A stretch of DNA of 64,000 nucleotides, from positions 224,001 through 288,000 of the forward strand of contig CAVUKB010000010.1 in assembly GCA_963741955.1 (NCBI GenBank), read 5' to 3'. Position 1 is the stretch's first letter; the number at the start of each line of letters is the position of its first letter. A program made the translations under genes and the position numbers. Shown here piece by piece: positions 30,022 through 39,460 of this stretch. The DNA comes from an uncultured Acidobacteriota bacterium. Lineage in GTDB: Bacteria; Acidobacteriota; Thermoanaerobaculia; Gp7-AA8. The notes under the pieces are model-generated. The model saw nothing but the letters and a program-made list of their open reading frames with translations. It ran no database searches and was not told the origin of the DNA.

Positions 30022-30963
30022 GTGTCCGAGCGCGACGAATCAACTCCACTCCGCTGCACCCGCTGTCGTGGTTCACTGGTACGTGACGGCGGTGATCTTC
30101 GATGCGGATCGTGCGGCGCGAACTGGCCGATCGAGCACGGCATCGCCGATTTCGCGGAAGGCGCGTATTACGACCAGTACGAGCCGGGAACGGAGCTCGC
30201 TCCCGAGCACGTCGCCGGGCTTCGGCTCGAGCTCGAAGGAACGCGGCGGCGGATCGAGAGCTACTACCTTCCGCACCTCGTCGCAGGAGAGACGACTCCG
30301 CTCCGGGTTCTCGACTGCGGATGCGGCAACGGACTCTCGGTCGACCTCTTCGCCGCGGCCGGAATCGAAGGGTGGGGCAACGACGTCTCGGCACTCCGGA
30401 AATGGCAGTGGCGGGAGCGCGCGCATCGGGAGCGGCTGGTTGTCGCGAGCGCGCTCGATCTCCCGTTCGACGATGGATGGTTCGATGCGGTGATCAGCTC
30501 CGGAGTGATCGAGCACATCGGGGTCGATGAGCGGATGGCCGAGCGCTACGAGGTCCGCCCGCGCGCCACCAGAGATGAAGAGCGGACCTCCTTCCTCCGC
30601 GAACTGCTACGCGTGACCCGGCCCGGGGGTCAGGTCTGGATCGACTGTCCGAACGGCTCGTTTCCGATCGATTTCTGGCACAGCGGGACGGCGGGAGGCG
30701 CGCGATTCCATTCCCTCTCAGAGGGATTCCTCCCGTCCTGGCGCGAGATCCGGAGGCTCGCCCGTGCAGCCGGAGCGAGAGGAACGATCACCGCCGAGTC
30801 GCCGAGGAATCGCCTCGCGTTCGAGCAGGTGGGGCGGCACTGGTATGGACGACTTTTCCGGATACCGGTGGAGGGGCTGTTCGCAATGATGTCGGCGCGA
30901 CCGTTCGCGTTCCTGCGGGCGACGCCGCTCAACCCGTACCTGGTGGTGCGGATCGAGTCGTGA
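30022..30963 (+). CDS. class I SAM-dependent methyltransferase with N-terminal Zn-ribbon
   Basis: CTRC...CGSC; VLDCGCGNG; LPFDDGWFD; RVTRPGG. Confidence 0.85.
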   Translation: MSERDESTPLRCTRCRGSLVRDGGDLRCGSCGANWPIEHGIADFAEGAYYDQYEPGTELAPEHVAGLRLELEGTRRRIESYYLPHLVAGETTPLRVLDCGCGNGLSVDLFAAAGIEGWGNDVSALRKWQWRERAHRERLVVASALDLPFDDGWFDAVISSGVIEHIGVDERMAERYEVRPRATRDEERTSFLRELLRVTRPGGQVWIDCPNGSFPIDFWHSGTAGGARFHSLSEGFLPSWREIRRLARAAGARGTITAESPRNRLAFEQVGRHWYGRLFRIPVEGLFAMMSARPFAFLRATPLNPYLVVRIES

Positions 30964-31223
30964 CGAGCGTCTCGATGTTGTACGCGCGTACGCGCAATCC
31001 CGCCGAGGAGTGAGGATCCCGCTCGGCGGGATCCGCCGCGGGAATCGTGTTGTACGCGATGAAGAGGAAGCCTGTCGGTAACGCGGAGCGTCTGTGATTC
31101 TGCGCTCAGGCTCCGCTTCTGCCGAGGACGCGGGTGATGCTGCTGTCGCGCACGCGCCGTGATCGACGCGGCGGATTACGAATCCGCACTCCAGGCGTAC
31201 GCCCCGTCCGCCGAGGCGCTCTC

Positions 31224-31261
31224 AAAAAGCGAACGCCGGCGAAGTCACTCCGCCGGCGTTC
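31224..31261 (-). terminator. intrinsic terminator of TPR gene
   Basis: GAACGCCGGCG/CGCCGGCGTTC stem with AAAAA on its left (U-tract on minus strand). Confidence 0.7.
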
Positions 31262-31285
31262 ACGAGATGCTGCATTCGACGTCAC

Positions 31286-32206
31286 TTACTTGATGTACTT
31301 CATCATCTCTTTGGCCGTGGCGGCGTCCTTGCCGTTCGGCTCGAGCTCGAGGTAGCGGCTGAGCTCCGTCTTCGCCTCGGCGTTCTTTCCGAGCCGTACG
31401 TAGACCATTCCGAGCTCGTAATGCGCCTGGGAGAACGTATCGTCGGCCTTCACCGCCTGCTCGAGCAGCGGCTGTGCGGCGGAGTCGTTCCCGGCGTTGA
31501 TCGCCTTGGCCGCTTCGTTGAACAGCCAGGTCGGGTTTGCAGGAGCTTTCTTCCGGTACTCGGCGGCCTTCGCCTTGTCGCCGGTCTTGTCGTACGCGTC
31601 GGCAAGGACGCTGAGGACCGACGACTCTTCCGGATCGAACTCGAGAGCCTTGTTGCCGACCTCGATGGCGTGCTTCCAATCCTGTTTCTGACCGTAAAGC
31701 CGGGTCAGCGCGATGTAGCCGGCGGCCAGATCCGGCTTCTTCTCGATCGCTTCGTTCAGTTTCGCGATCGCGCCGTCGACGTCACCGGAGTTGGCCATCG
31801 TGGCGGCTTCGTTGTAGAGGAGCACTGCGGGATCGACGGCAGGTGCTCCGGCGGCCGCGGCCGTCGCAGCTCCTTCCGGGTTCAGGTGAATCGTGCGCTC
31901 GTTCTTCTCCGGGACGAGCTTGAGCTTGATGATCTCGACGTACGGCGCATATCCATCCGCTGCGAACGTGAATTTGTAGGGGATGGTGCCGTCGAGAAGG
32001 AAGATCGTGAAGTGACCGTCCTTGTCCGTCTTGTACGTCGCTTTGAACGTCTTCGCTTCGGTCGCCTCCGCGGTGATGGTTGCGTTGGCGATCGGTTTGT
32101 CGTCAGGACCGAGGATCTGTCCGGTGAAGCGGGACTCCCCGACTGCGAACACGTGAGTCGCGAACGCTGCCAGCAGGACGAAAGCCAGCGCGATCGATTT
32201 CCGCAT
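31286..32206 (-). CDS. secreted TPR protein with carboxypeptidase-regulatory-like domain
   Basis: Signal peptide; KPIANATIT..TDKDGHF; TPRs ending YLELEPNGKDA. Confidence 0.82.
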   Translation of the reverse strand: MRKSIALAFVLLAAFATHVFAVGESRFTGQILGPDDKPIANATITAEATEAKTFKATYKTDKDGHFTIFLLDGTIPYKFTFAADGYAPYVEIIKLKLVPEKNERTIHLNPEGAATAAAAGAPAVDPAVLLYNEAATMANSGDVDGAIAKLNEAIEKKPDLAAGYIALTRLYGQKQDWKHAIEVGNKALEFDPEESSVLSVLADAYDKTGDKAKAAEYRKKAPANPTWLFNEAAKAINAGNDSAAQPLLEQAVKADDTFSQAHYELGMVYVRLGKNAEAKTELSRYLELEPNGKDAATAKEMMKYIK

Positions 32207-32311
32207 GGTGCTCTCCTTTAGGTTATTTGGTCTATTCATGGAAACCGGGCGATCGAGAAACGCATTCCTTTTCCGGTCTCCGTGGTGGAATGGGAATATC
32301 TCTTTAACTCC

Positions 32312-34252
32312 TTAGTTCAGCGTCAGATAAGTCTGATCCCTGAGGCCGCGCTCGTACTCCGCGAGGAGTCGCATCCCTTCGTTCGGACGCAGCCGGTCTT
32401 CCTTGATGGCCGCGTCGAACTGGGCCTTCATCTTCTTGGCGAGATCGTTCACGTCGTACTGCGTGAGCGCCAGGACCTCCCCGATTGTATTCCCGGGAAT
32501 GGTCTCTTCGATATAGAAGCCGCTCTCCTCGTCTTCGTCGAGGAAAACATGCGCCTCGTTCACTCTCCCGAAGAGGTTGTGCATGTCTCCCATGATGTCC
32601 TGGTAGGCGCCGGTGAGGAACACCCCGAGATAGTAGGGGAGACCTTCGAATTCGTGCAGGGGGAGTGTGGAGCGGGTGTCTTCGATGTCGATGAACTTCG
32701 AGACCTTCCCATCCGAGTCGCAGGTGATGTCGACCAGAGTGCTCTCGGTGTTCGGCTTTTCGTTCAGACGATGGATGGGGACGATGGGGAAGAGCTGTCC
32801 CACGGCCCAATGGTCGAGAAGCGACTGAAAGACGGAGAAGTTGCAGATCTGCTGGTCGGCGAGCTCACGCCGCAGCTGCAGAAGGTCTTCCGGAATGTCG
32901 CTCTCCTCGATCTCGTGGCTGCGGGCCTCGATCCCTTCGGCGATGCGCCAGTAGAGGATCTCGACTCCGGCTTTGACGTCGAGCTCCAGCAGGCCGTACT
33001 CGAACATGCTCTCGGACTGCCCCTTGAGCTGCTGGAGGTCGTGCCACGACTCGGTGAGCCGCCGCTCGTCGAGATGCTCTTCGAGCCACTTCAGCTCCTG
33101 GATCAGTTTGTGGTCCTGGTTCCGGATCGTAACCGGTTGGATGGGGGTTTTTTCGATTGCGCCGAACGCTTCGACCACCAGCACCGAATGATGCGCGACG
33201 ATCGCGCGGCCGGATTCCGACACGATGTTCGGATGCGGAACTTCTTCCTCGTCGCAGATGTCCATGATGTTGTAGACGATGTCGTTCGCGTACTCCTGGA
33301 CGGTGTAGTTCATGGAGGAGTGGAACGTGGAGCGCGATCCGTCGTAGTCGATCGCCAGGCCGCCTCCGACGTCGAGGAACTCGAGAGAGTGTCCCATCTT
33401 CTGCAGCTTCGCGTAGTAGCGCGCGGCCTCGCGGACGGCGCGCTTTATGGTCATGATGTCGGGGACCTGCGAGCCGATGTGGAAATGGAGCAGCTTGAAC
33501 GACTCCGACATCCCTGCGCCGCGGAGGATCTCGAGACCTTCGAGCAGTTCGTCAGTGGAGAGACCGAACTTCGCGTGCTCGCCTCCCGAGGTGGCCCAGA
33601 GCCCTTCTCCTTCGCTGTTCAGGCGCACCCGCATCCCGATCATCGGCTCGACCCCGAGCTCCTGCGCGACCCGGACCACGCCGCGGACCTCCGAGAGCTT
33701 CTCCGCGACGATGATGATCCGTTTGCCGAGCTTTCGGCCGATCAGCGCCATGCGGATGTAGTGGGTGTCCTTGTAGCCGTTGCAGATGATCAGCGACTCG
33801 GGATCGTTGTGGACTGCAAGGGCGCCGAAAAGCTCCGGCTTGGAGCCGACTTCGATGCCGTAGTGGTGCGGACGTCCGGCGTCGAGGATCTCTTCGACCA
33901 CTTCGCGAAGCTGGTTGACCTTGATCGGGAAAACGCCGCGGTAGTAGCCGCCGAACCGGTTTTCGGCGATGGCCTTCTGAAAGGCCTGATTCAGCATGTC
34001 GACACGGTCGCGGAGAAGGTCCTGAAACCGGATCACCAGAGGGGCCTGGAGTCCCTGTTCGAGAGCTTCCTGCAGAACCTGAAACACCGGGATGGCCGCG
34101 CCCCGCTCGCGCAACGGAGAGACGGTGATGTACCCCTCCGGATTGACGTGAAAATATCCGGAGCCCCAGCGGTTGATCAGATAGAGCGAGTCTGCATCCT
34201 CGCTGGTCCAGGTCTCTTCGTCGTGCTCGGCGATCTCGGTTTTGCTCTTCAA
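32312..34252 (-). CDS. speA: biosynthetic arginine decarboxylase
   Basis: FPIKVNQ, EVGSKPEL, HFHIGSQ, DVGGGL, ESGRA, DITCDSDG, GAYQDIMG; start may be at 34300. Confidence 0.95.
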   Translation of the reverse strand: MKSKTEIAEHDEETWTSEDADSLYLINRWGSGYFHVNPEGYITVSPLRERGAAIPVFQVLQEALEQGLQAPLVIRFQDLLRDRVDMLNQAFQKAIAENRFGGYYRGVFPIKVNQLREVVEEILDAGRPHHYGIEVGSKPELFGALAVHNDPESLIICNGYKDTHYIRMALIGRKLGKRIIIVAEKLSEVRGVVRVAQELGVEPMIGMRVRLNSEGEGLWATSGGEHAKFGLSTDELLEGLEILRGAGMSESFKLLHFHIGSQVPDIMTIKRAVREAARYYAKLQKMGHSLEFLDVGGGLAIDYDGSRSTFHSSMNYTVQEYANDIVYNIMDICDEEEVPHPNIVSESGRAIVAHHSVLVVEAFGAIEKTPIQPVTIRNQDHKLIQELKWLEEHLDERRLTESWHDLQQLKGQSESMFEYGLLELDVKAGVEILYWRIAEGIEARSHEIEESDIPEDLLQLRRELADQQICNFSVFQSLLDHWAVGQLFPIVPIHRLNEKPNTESTLVDITCDSDGKVSKFIDIEDTRSTLPLHEFEGLPYYLGVFLTGAYQDIMGDMHNLFGRVNEAHVFLDEDEESGFYIEETIPGNTIGEVLALTQYDVNDLAKKMKAQFDAAIKEDRLRPNEGMRLLAEYERGLRDQTYLTLN

Positions 34253-34343
34253 TTCGATTCGTCCCCCGATCGGTTCATACCGCCTCCGGTTTCCGGACAC
34301 GGGAAGGTCTGCCCTAAAGAACAGCGGAGCGGCTGGAATTCGT

Positions 34344-35216
34344 TCATCCCATCCGTTCGGTGCCGTTTTCGGTGATCGCTGCGACGTCGGCCGGATCGAG
34401 AGCGAATTTCGCGGCCTGCGAGAAGACCGCCGTATGCTCCGGAGTACTGGACCCGGGAATCGGGATCACCCGCTCCCCCTGCGCCCGGTCCCACGCCAGC
34501 GCGACCGCCCAGGGTGAGACAGCATACTTCTCCGCCAGGTTTTGGAACAGCGGGAAATCGGAGAGACCCCGGGCCAGCCGCTTCCCTCCGAGCGGGCTGT
34601 AGGCAAGGAAGGTGATGCCGTTCGAACCGCACTCGGCGATGATCTCGGACTGTCCGTCGCGATCGAACGGGTTGAAGCGGTTCTGCACCGACTGCACGTC
34701 GACCAGCTCGCGCGCTCGCTGCAACTGGGCGAGTGAGACGTTGCTCAGGCCGATGTGCCGGATCTTCTGCTCACGCTGGAGCTCTCCCAGCGTTTCGACG
34801 CTCTGATCGAACGGGACGGATGCGTCGGGAGCGTGAAGCTGATAGAGGAAGATCTCTTCGACACCCAGCGCCCGGAGACTCGCTTCACACGCCTCCCGAA
34901 GATGCGCCGGCGACGCGTCGGTCCTCCAGTTGCCGCCGGGCCGGATCACGCCCCCTTTGGTCGCGACCTTGATCCGATGGAGATCGGGACGGTGTCTGAG
35001 TACCGCGGCGATCAGGCGCTCGTTGTGCCCCATGTCGTTCTCGTCGAGACAGTAGGCGTCCGCGGTATCGAGGAGGGTGGCCCCTTCGTCGAGTGCCGCG
35101 TTGAGAGTCCGGATGGCCTGATCGCGATCCGGCCTCCCCTGAATCGAGAGCCACATGGCTCCGAATCCGAGAATGGAGATCTCCGTCCCGGTGTGGCCGA
35201 GCTCAGTCGACTGCAT
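34344..35216 (-). CDS. aldo/keto reductase
   Basis: DTADAY, ATKGG, LYQLH, IGLSN, AYSPLG, IPIPG. Confidence 0.92.
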   Translation of the reverse strand: MQSTELGHTGTEISILGFGAMWLSIQGRPDRDQAIRTLNAALDEGATLLDTADAYCLDENDMGHNERLIAAVLRHRPDLHRIKVATKGGVIRPGGNWRTDASPAHLREACEASLRALGVEEIFLYQLHAPDASVPFDQSVETLGELQREQKIRHIGLSNVSLAQLQRARELVDVQSVQNRFNPFDRDGQSEIIAECGSNGITFLAYSPLGGKRLARGLSDFPLFQNLAEKYAVSPWAVALAWDRAQGERVIPIPGSSTPEHTAVFSQAAKFALDPADVAAITENGTERMG

Positions 35217-35270
35217 TGGTCCTCCTTCCGAACCGCCCCGGAAGATCCACACGCAAACGGCGAGCCGCCA

Positions 35271-36689
35271 TCACGAGAACGCAGGCGGCTTCTGCCGGTG
35301 AAAATCGGTGACCCGCTGGAGTGCCTTCCCCGCTTCGATCGCCATCACGTCGTGCAGCGGCGCGGCGTTGAACTGGATGGCGGTCGGCAGGCCGTTCTCT
35401 CCGAGACCGTTCGGCAGAGAGATGGCGGGGGCCCCTGCGAGATTCATCGCGGGGATCAGCGCCACTCCGCTCCGGACGTCGGGATAGACCTGGTCGAATT
35501 TCTTCGCGATGGGATATGCCACGCTCGCACGGGTCGGTGCGGCGATCAAGTCGACGTCCTCGAACAGCTGGAGCATCGCCTGGCGGATCCTGGTCCGGAT
35601 CCGCATCGCACGAAGATAGTCGATGGCGAGCGTCGCCGCGGCCTCGTAGCCGCCGATCCGATCCTGTGGAGCGGTGAGCTCCTTCGCTTTCCCGGAGGTG
35701 AGAAGATCTTCGAATGCACTCGCTCCTTCGGCATCGACGATCGGTGAGATCGCTCCGTACGGAAAATCCGGGAACTCGATCTCGACGAAGCGGTAGCCGG
35801 CCTGTTTGAGCACGCCGACCGACTTCTCGAAATTCTCCCGGACTTCCTTCTGCACTTTTTCGGTGCAGCCTTTCGGGATCGCCACGGTTCTTCCGTCGCT
35901 CTCGCTGTGTGTCGCACGGAAGGGCCCGAGCCACTCGATCTGCGCTTCGACCGTGGTGGGATCGGCCGGATCGCGTCCCGCGATCTCCGCCATGATCAGG
36001 GCGCAGTCCTCGGCGGTGCGTGCCAGCGGTCCGAGCTTGTCGAGCGTCCAGCTCAGCGCCATCGCGCCGTGCCGGCTGACCATCCCGTATGTCGGCCGGA
36101 ATCCGGTCACGCCCGAGAATGCGGAAGGAGTGAGGATCGATCCCGAAGTCTCGCTTCCGATGGCGAAGGGAACCAGCCCTGCGCCGACCGCGGCGCCAGG
36201 TCCGCTCGAAGAGCCGCCGGACCAGAATTCGGTGTTCCATGGCGAGCGTCCGGGACCGGTGAACGAGGCGTTCGCTTCGTCGTATCCGAAGCCTCCCGCC
36301 AGTTCGACCATGGCGAGCTTCGCGCAGAGAACGGCGCCGCCCCGGGTGAGCCGCTCGATCACCGTCGCATCGTACTCGAACACCTGATTCCGGTAGGGTG
36401 CCGCGCCCCAGGTGGTGGGGATTCCCTTCGTCGCGAGAAGATCCTTCACCCCGTACGGAATGCCGTGGAGCGGCCCGTGCCAGCTTCCGGCTGCGATGTC
36501 TTTGTCCGCCTGCTTCGCCTGCGCTTCGGCGAGCTCGCGGGTCATCGTCACGACCGCGTTGAGCTTCGGTCCGAATCGTTCCAGCCGGTCGAGATAGAAG
36601 CGGGTGAGCTGGACAGAGGTGATCTTCTTCTCCCGGAGAAGCGTACCGAGCTCCGTGATCGTCGCGTAGGGATTGATCGTGGCGTTCAC
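35271..36689 (-). CDS. amidase signature family protein (GatA/AtzE-like)
   Basis: HGIPYGVKDL, GGSSSG, GSETSGSILTP; no signal peptide; GTG start overlapping upstream stop. Confidence 0.9.
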   Translation of the reverse strand: MNATINPYATITELGTLLREKKITSVQLTRFYLDRLERFGPKLNAVVTMTRELAEAQAKQADKDIAAGSWHGPLHGIPYGVKDLLATKGIPTTWGAAPYRNQVFEYDATVIERLTRGGAVLCAKLAMVELAGGFGYDEANASFTGPGRSPWNTEFWSGGSSSGPGAAVGAGLVPFAIGSETSGSILTPSAFSGVTGFRPTYGMVSRHGAMALSWTLDKLGPLARTAEDCALIMAEIAGRDPADPTTVEAQIEWLGPFRATHSESDGRTVAIPKGCTEKVQKEVRENFEKSVGVLKQAGYRFVEIEFPDFPYGAISPIVDAEGASAFEDLLTSGKAKELTAPQDRIGGYEAAATLAIDYLRAMRIRTRIRQAMLQLFEDVDLIAAPTRASVAYPIAKKFDQVYPDVRSGVALIPAMNLAGAPAISLPNGLGENGLPTAIQFNAAPLHDVMAIEAGKALQRVTDFHRQKPPAFS

Positions 36690-37039
36690 TTGCTCACTCC
36701 CGCGGCCGCGACGAACGCGCAATCGGGTTCGTCGGAATTCTTCAGGTCGAATTTTCTGAGGCGTGAATAGAGCCGGGTCATGTCGTTCAGGTCCCCGGTG
36801 ACGCTCTTCATTTCGTCCGCGGAGAGGTACTGGCCGTATTCGGCCTGCACGATCGAAGCGAGAGCGAGAGCCAGTGGCCCCGGTTTCTCTTCGGGTTTGT
36901 TCTCTTCCGGAGGCGCGGGCGCCGGGACCGGTGGGGGAGTCTGACCGAGCGCGAACCCGGGTGCTCCGATCAGGAGTGGAGCAGCAGATGCGACCGCTGC
37001 GATGCGGGCGAACTCACGACGCGAGGTCCTGTTCGACAT
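36686..37039 (-). CDS. Tat-signal small protein, possible amidase accessory subunit
   Basis: SRREFA twin-arginine motif, Pro-rich linker, C-terminal LRKFDLKNSDEPDCAF. Confidence 0.7.
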   Translation of the reverse strand: MSNRTSRREFARIAAVASAAPLLIGAPGFALGQTPPPVPAPAPPEENKPEEKPGPLALALASIVQAEYGQYLSADEMKSVTGDLNDMTRLYSRLRKFDLKNSDEPDCAFVAAAGVSK

Positions 37040-37237
37040 TCTTCACCTCGAATGATCTGAGATCCGCGACCGGCTCTGCATTCGAGCCGATCCCGAAGCA
37101 GAACAGACATATCAGATTCGAGCGGCTCGTGCCGAAAAAAGAGAAGAGCACGTGGCGTCGCAACGGGCGTCCGCGATGGGGCGCCAGGGAGGAGCGGGCT
37201 ACACGCTCCCAATCCCGCTTCTCCCAACCGCGTGCGG

Positions 37238-37528
37238 CTGCCTTTCGAATCCTCGATCCAAGATCCTTGATGCCTTTCAGATCCTCGATCCTCAATCCAA
37301 GATCCTAGCCCGCATTTCTCACACCATCTCTGCTGCGGAGCCGGATAGCGGCCTGTCTGCTGCGTTGAGCCCCTCTTCGGCTCCTCGACATAGTCACCGC
37401 TATGCCTTCGTCGCCGAAGCGAGGCGCGCCTTGCATCCAGGCCACTCTCCGCCACCTCGCGACGAGATGGTGTGAGAAATGCGGGCTTGATGCCTTTCAG
37501 ATCCTCGATCCTCGATCCAAGATCCTAG
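37238..37528. repeat. 39-bp tandem repeat units (left part), interrupted by MITE
   Basis: GATGCYTTTCAGATCCTCGATCCTCRATCCAAGATCCTA at 37269 and 37489, plus a degenerate unit at ~37238. Confidence 0.9.
37309..37485. mobile_element. 177-bp MITE copy 1
   Basis: 22-bp terminal inverted repeats CCCGCATTTCTCACACCATCTC; flanked by CTAG/CTTG. Confidence 0.85.
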
Positions 37529-39119
37529 GAGTCTGCGCGGTAGAAACCCGGTTCGCGGCAAATCGGCATGATAAAAGGTGAATGGTTAGTAGTAACGATA
37601 ATATGTTAAGATTAGGTCATGCCGACCACGTATAGGCCATACCGACCGGAGCAGTCGCTGCTGCTTCCGCCCTCGCCATACGAGTGGCTCCCTGAGGGTC
37701 ACTTGGCGCACTTCGTTTCCGACATGATCGATCAGCTTGATCTGAGTGCATTCTACGAGCGGTACAAGGGCGACGGCAGGCGGAAGCAGCCCTACGAGCC
37801 GAGGATGATGCTCAAGTTGATCACCTATTCGTACCTGACGGGAACGTTCTCCTCGCGCAAGATTGCCCGGCGGATCGATGAAGATATCGCCGTCCGGTAT
37901 CTTGCAGCCGGGAACTTTCCATCGCATCGGACCATCTGCGACTTTCGGCTTGAAAACGTGGACGCATTCAGCTCATTGCTGGTCCAGATCATTCGGACCG
38001 CTCAGGAGGCAGGGTTAGTTACGCTCGGGAGGATCGCAATCGACGGGTCGAAGGTGCGAGCGAATGCCAGCAAGCACAAGGCGATGAGCTACGATCGGAT
38101 GAAGAAGGAAGAAGCGAAGCTCGAGAAGGAGATCGCGGAGATTTTGGCCACAGCGGCGGAAGAGGATGCCCGGGAGGATGCCGAGTACGGGGTTGATCGA
38201 CGCGGGGATGAGTTGCCCGAAGAGCTCCAGCGCCGGGAAACACGCATCCGAAAGATCAGAGATGCACGAGAGCGACTCGAACAGCGACAGCGGGAACTGG
38301 ACACGAAGGCTGGTCGCTCCGAAGGCGACGATGATCCGGCCAGGAAGAAGGGTAAGCCATTCAAACGGAAGTTCGGCGTACCTGAGGACAAAGCGCAAGA
38401 GAACTTCACCGATTCCGAGAGCCGAATCATGAAGTCCCAGGAAGGATTTCAGCAGTGCTACAACGCGCAGATCGCAGTCGATGCCGATAACCAACTCATC
38501 GTCGGATTCGAGATCACACAATCTGCGGCGGACAGCGGATCACTCGTGCCTTTGGTCGAGGTGGTCGAACAGAATTGCGAAACAAGCCCCGACCAGGTTG
38601 TTGCCGACACCGGTTACAAGTCGGAAAGCTCGTTCATCGAGTTGGAGGAGAAGAAGATCGATGCGTATGTTTCTCTCGGACGAGAAGGCAAAGAAACCGC
38701 AGCTGAGACGACGCTCCCCGCTACTCTGCGGATGAAGCAGAAGTTGGACTCACCTGCAGGCAAGGCGGTCTATCGCCGGCGAAAGGCGATCGTTGAGCCG
38801 GTGTTTGGCTGGGTCAAAAACGTTCTCGGCTTTCGACGATTCAGTCTCCGCGGGACGCGCAAAGTTGCCGGCGAATGGGCTCTGGTGTGCCTGGTGATCA
38901 ATCTGAAGCGAATGAGCGCTCTGGTTGCGGTCGAATAGCCCCGGCAGAGCAGTATCCAACCCCGAAAAGTCCCGCCGAGCAAGTGTTTCGCGCTGCCACC
39001 TCCCCGAGAACGGCTCCATCAACCCCAAGGCGCTTCGATGGCCCGGTTCTGCCGCTCGCGAGCGGACGTCACCCGAGATCATCAGGAAGCGCCGAACTTA
39101 CGTCCTATCGCGCAGACTC
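37529..39119 (+). mobile_element. IS1182-family insertion sequence (1591 bp)
   Basis: TIRs GAGTCTGCGCG(G/A)TAG; CTAG target duplication at 37525-28 and 39120-23; lower GC than flanks. Confidence 0.92.
37619..38938 (+). CDS. IS1182-family DDE transposase
   Basis: EWLPEGHLA, SSRKI, IDGSKVRANAS, NFTDSESRIM, YNAQ, ADTGY, YRRRKAIVEPVFG. Confidence 0.92.
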   Translation: MPTTYRPYRPEQSLLLPPSPYEWLPEGHLAHFVSDMIDQLDLSAFYERYKGDGRRKQPYEPRMMLKLITYSYLTGTFSSRKIARRIDEDIAVRYLAAGNFPSHRTICDFRLENVDAFSSLLVQIIRTAQEAGLVTLGRIAIDGSKVRANASKHKAMSYDRMKKEEAKLEKEIAEILATAAEEDAREDAEYGVDRRGDELPEELQRRETRIRKIRDARERLEQRQRELDTKAGRSEGDDDPARKKGKPFKRKFGVPEDKAQENFTDSESRIMKSQEGFQQCYNAQIAVDADNQLIVGFEITQSAADSGSLVPLVEVVEQNCETSPDQVVADTGYKSESSFIELEEKKIDAYVSLGREGKETAAETTLPATLRMKQKLDSPAGKAVYRRRKAIVEPVFGWVKNVLGFRRFSLRGTRKVAGEWALVCLVINLKRMSALVAVE

Positions 39120-39123
39120 CTAG

Positions 39124-39300
39124 CCCGCATTTCTCACACCATCTCTGCTGCGGAGCCGGATAGCGGCCTGTCTGCTGCGTTGAGCCCCTCTTCGGCTCCT
39201 CGACATAGTCACCGCTATGCTTTCGTCGCCGAAGCGAGGCGCGCCTTGCATCCAGGCCACTCTCCGCCACCTCGCGACGAGATGGTGTGAGAAATGCGGG
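39124..39300. mobile_element. 177-bp MITE copy 2
   Basis: Matches copy 1 except one substitution seen (TATGCC vs TATGCT); same CTAG/CTTG flanks. Confidence 0.85.
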
Positions 39301-39303
39301 CTT

Positions 39304-39460
39304 GATGCTTTTCAGATCCTCGATCCTCGATCCAAGATCCTAGATGCCTTTCAGATCCTCGATCCTCGATTACAGATCCTGGATGCTTTTCAGATCCTCG
39401 ATCCTCGATCCGAGATCCTAGATGCCTTTCAGATCCTCGATCTCAGATCCTAGATGCTTT
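39304..39460. repeat. 39-bp tandem repeat units (right part)
   Basis: Units at 39304, 39343, 39382 (39 bp) and 39421 (32 bp), merging into the 3' end of the PrdB-like gene. Confidence 0.92.

Noticed and set aside
32282-34375. 697-aa plus-strand ORF (and similar long antisense ORFs at 6919, 18719, 41224-42999, 57583)
   Set aside because: High-GC shadow frames opposite clearly identified genes
35271-36689. gatA of GatCAB
   Set aside because: No gatB nearby, partner has a Tat signal, and the motifs diverge (SETSGS, LAGG)
39217-39453. ORF with DAFQILDPRSKIL repeats and WCEKC motif
   Set aside because: By-product of the 39-bp repeat and MITE TIR; no RBS evidence
37238-39460. CRISPR array
   Set aside because: Units are directly tandem without unique spacers, the intervening blocks are identical MITEs or an IS, and no cas genes are present
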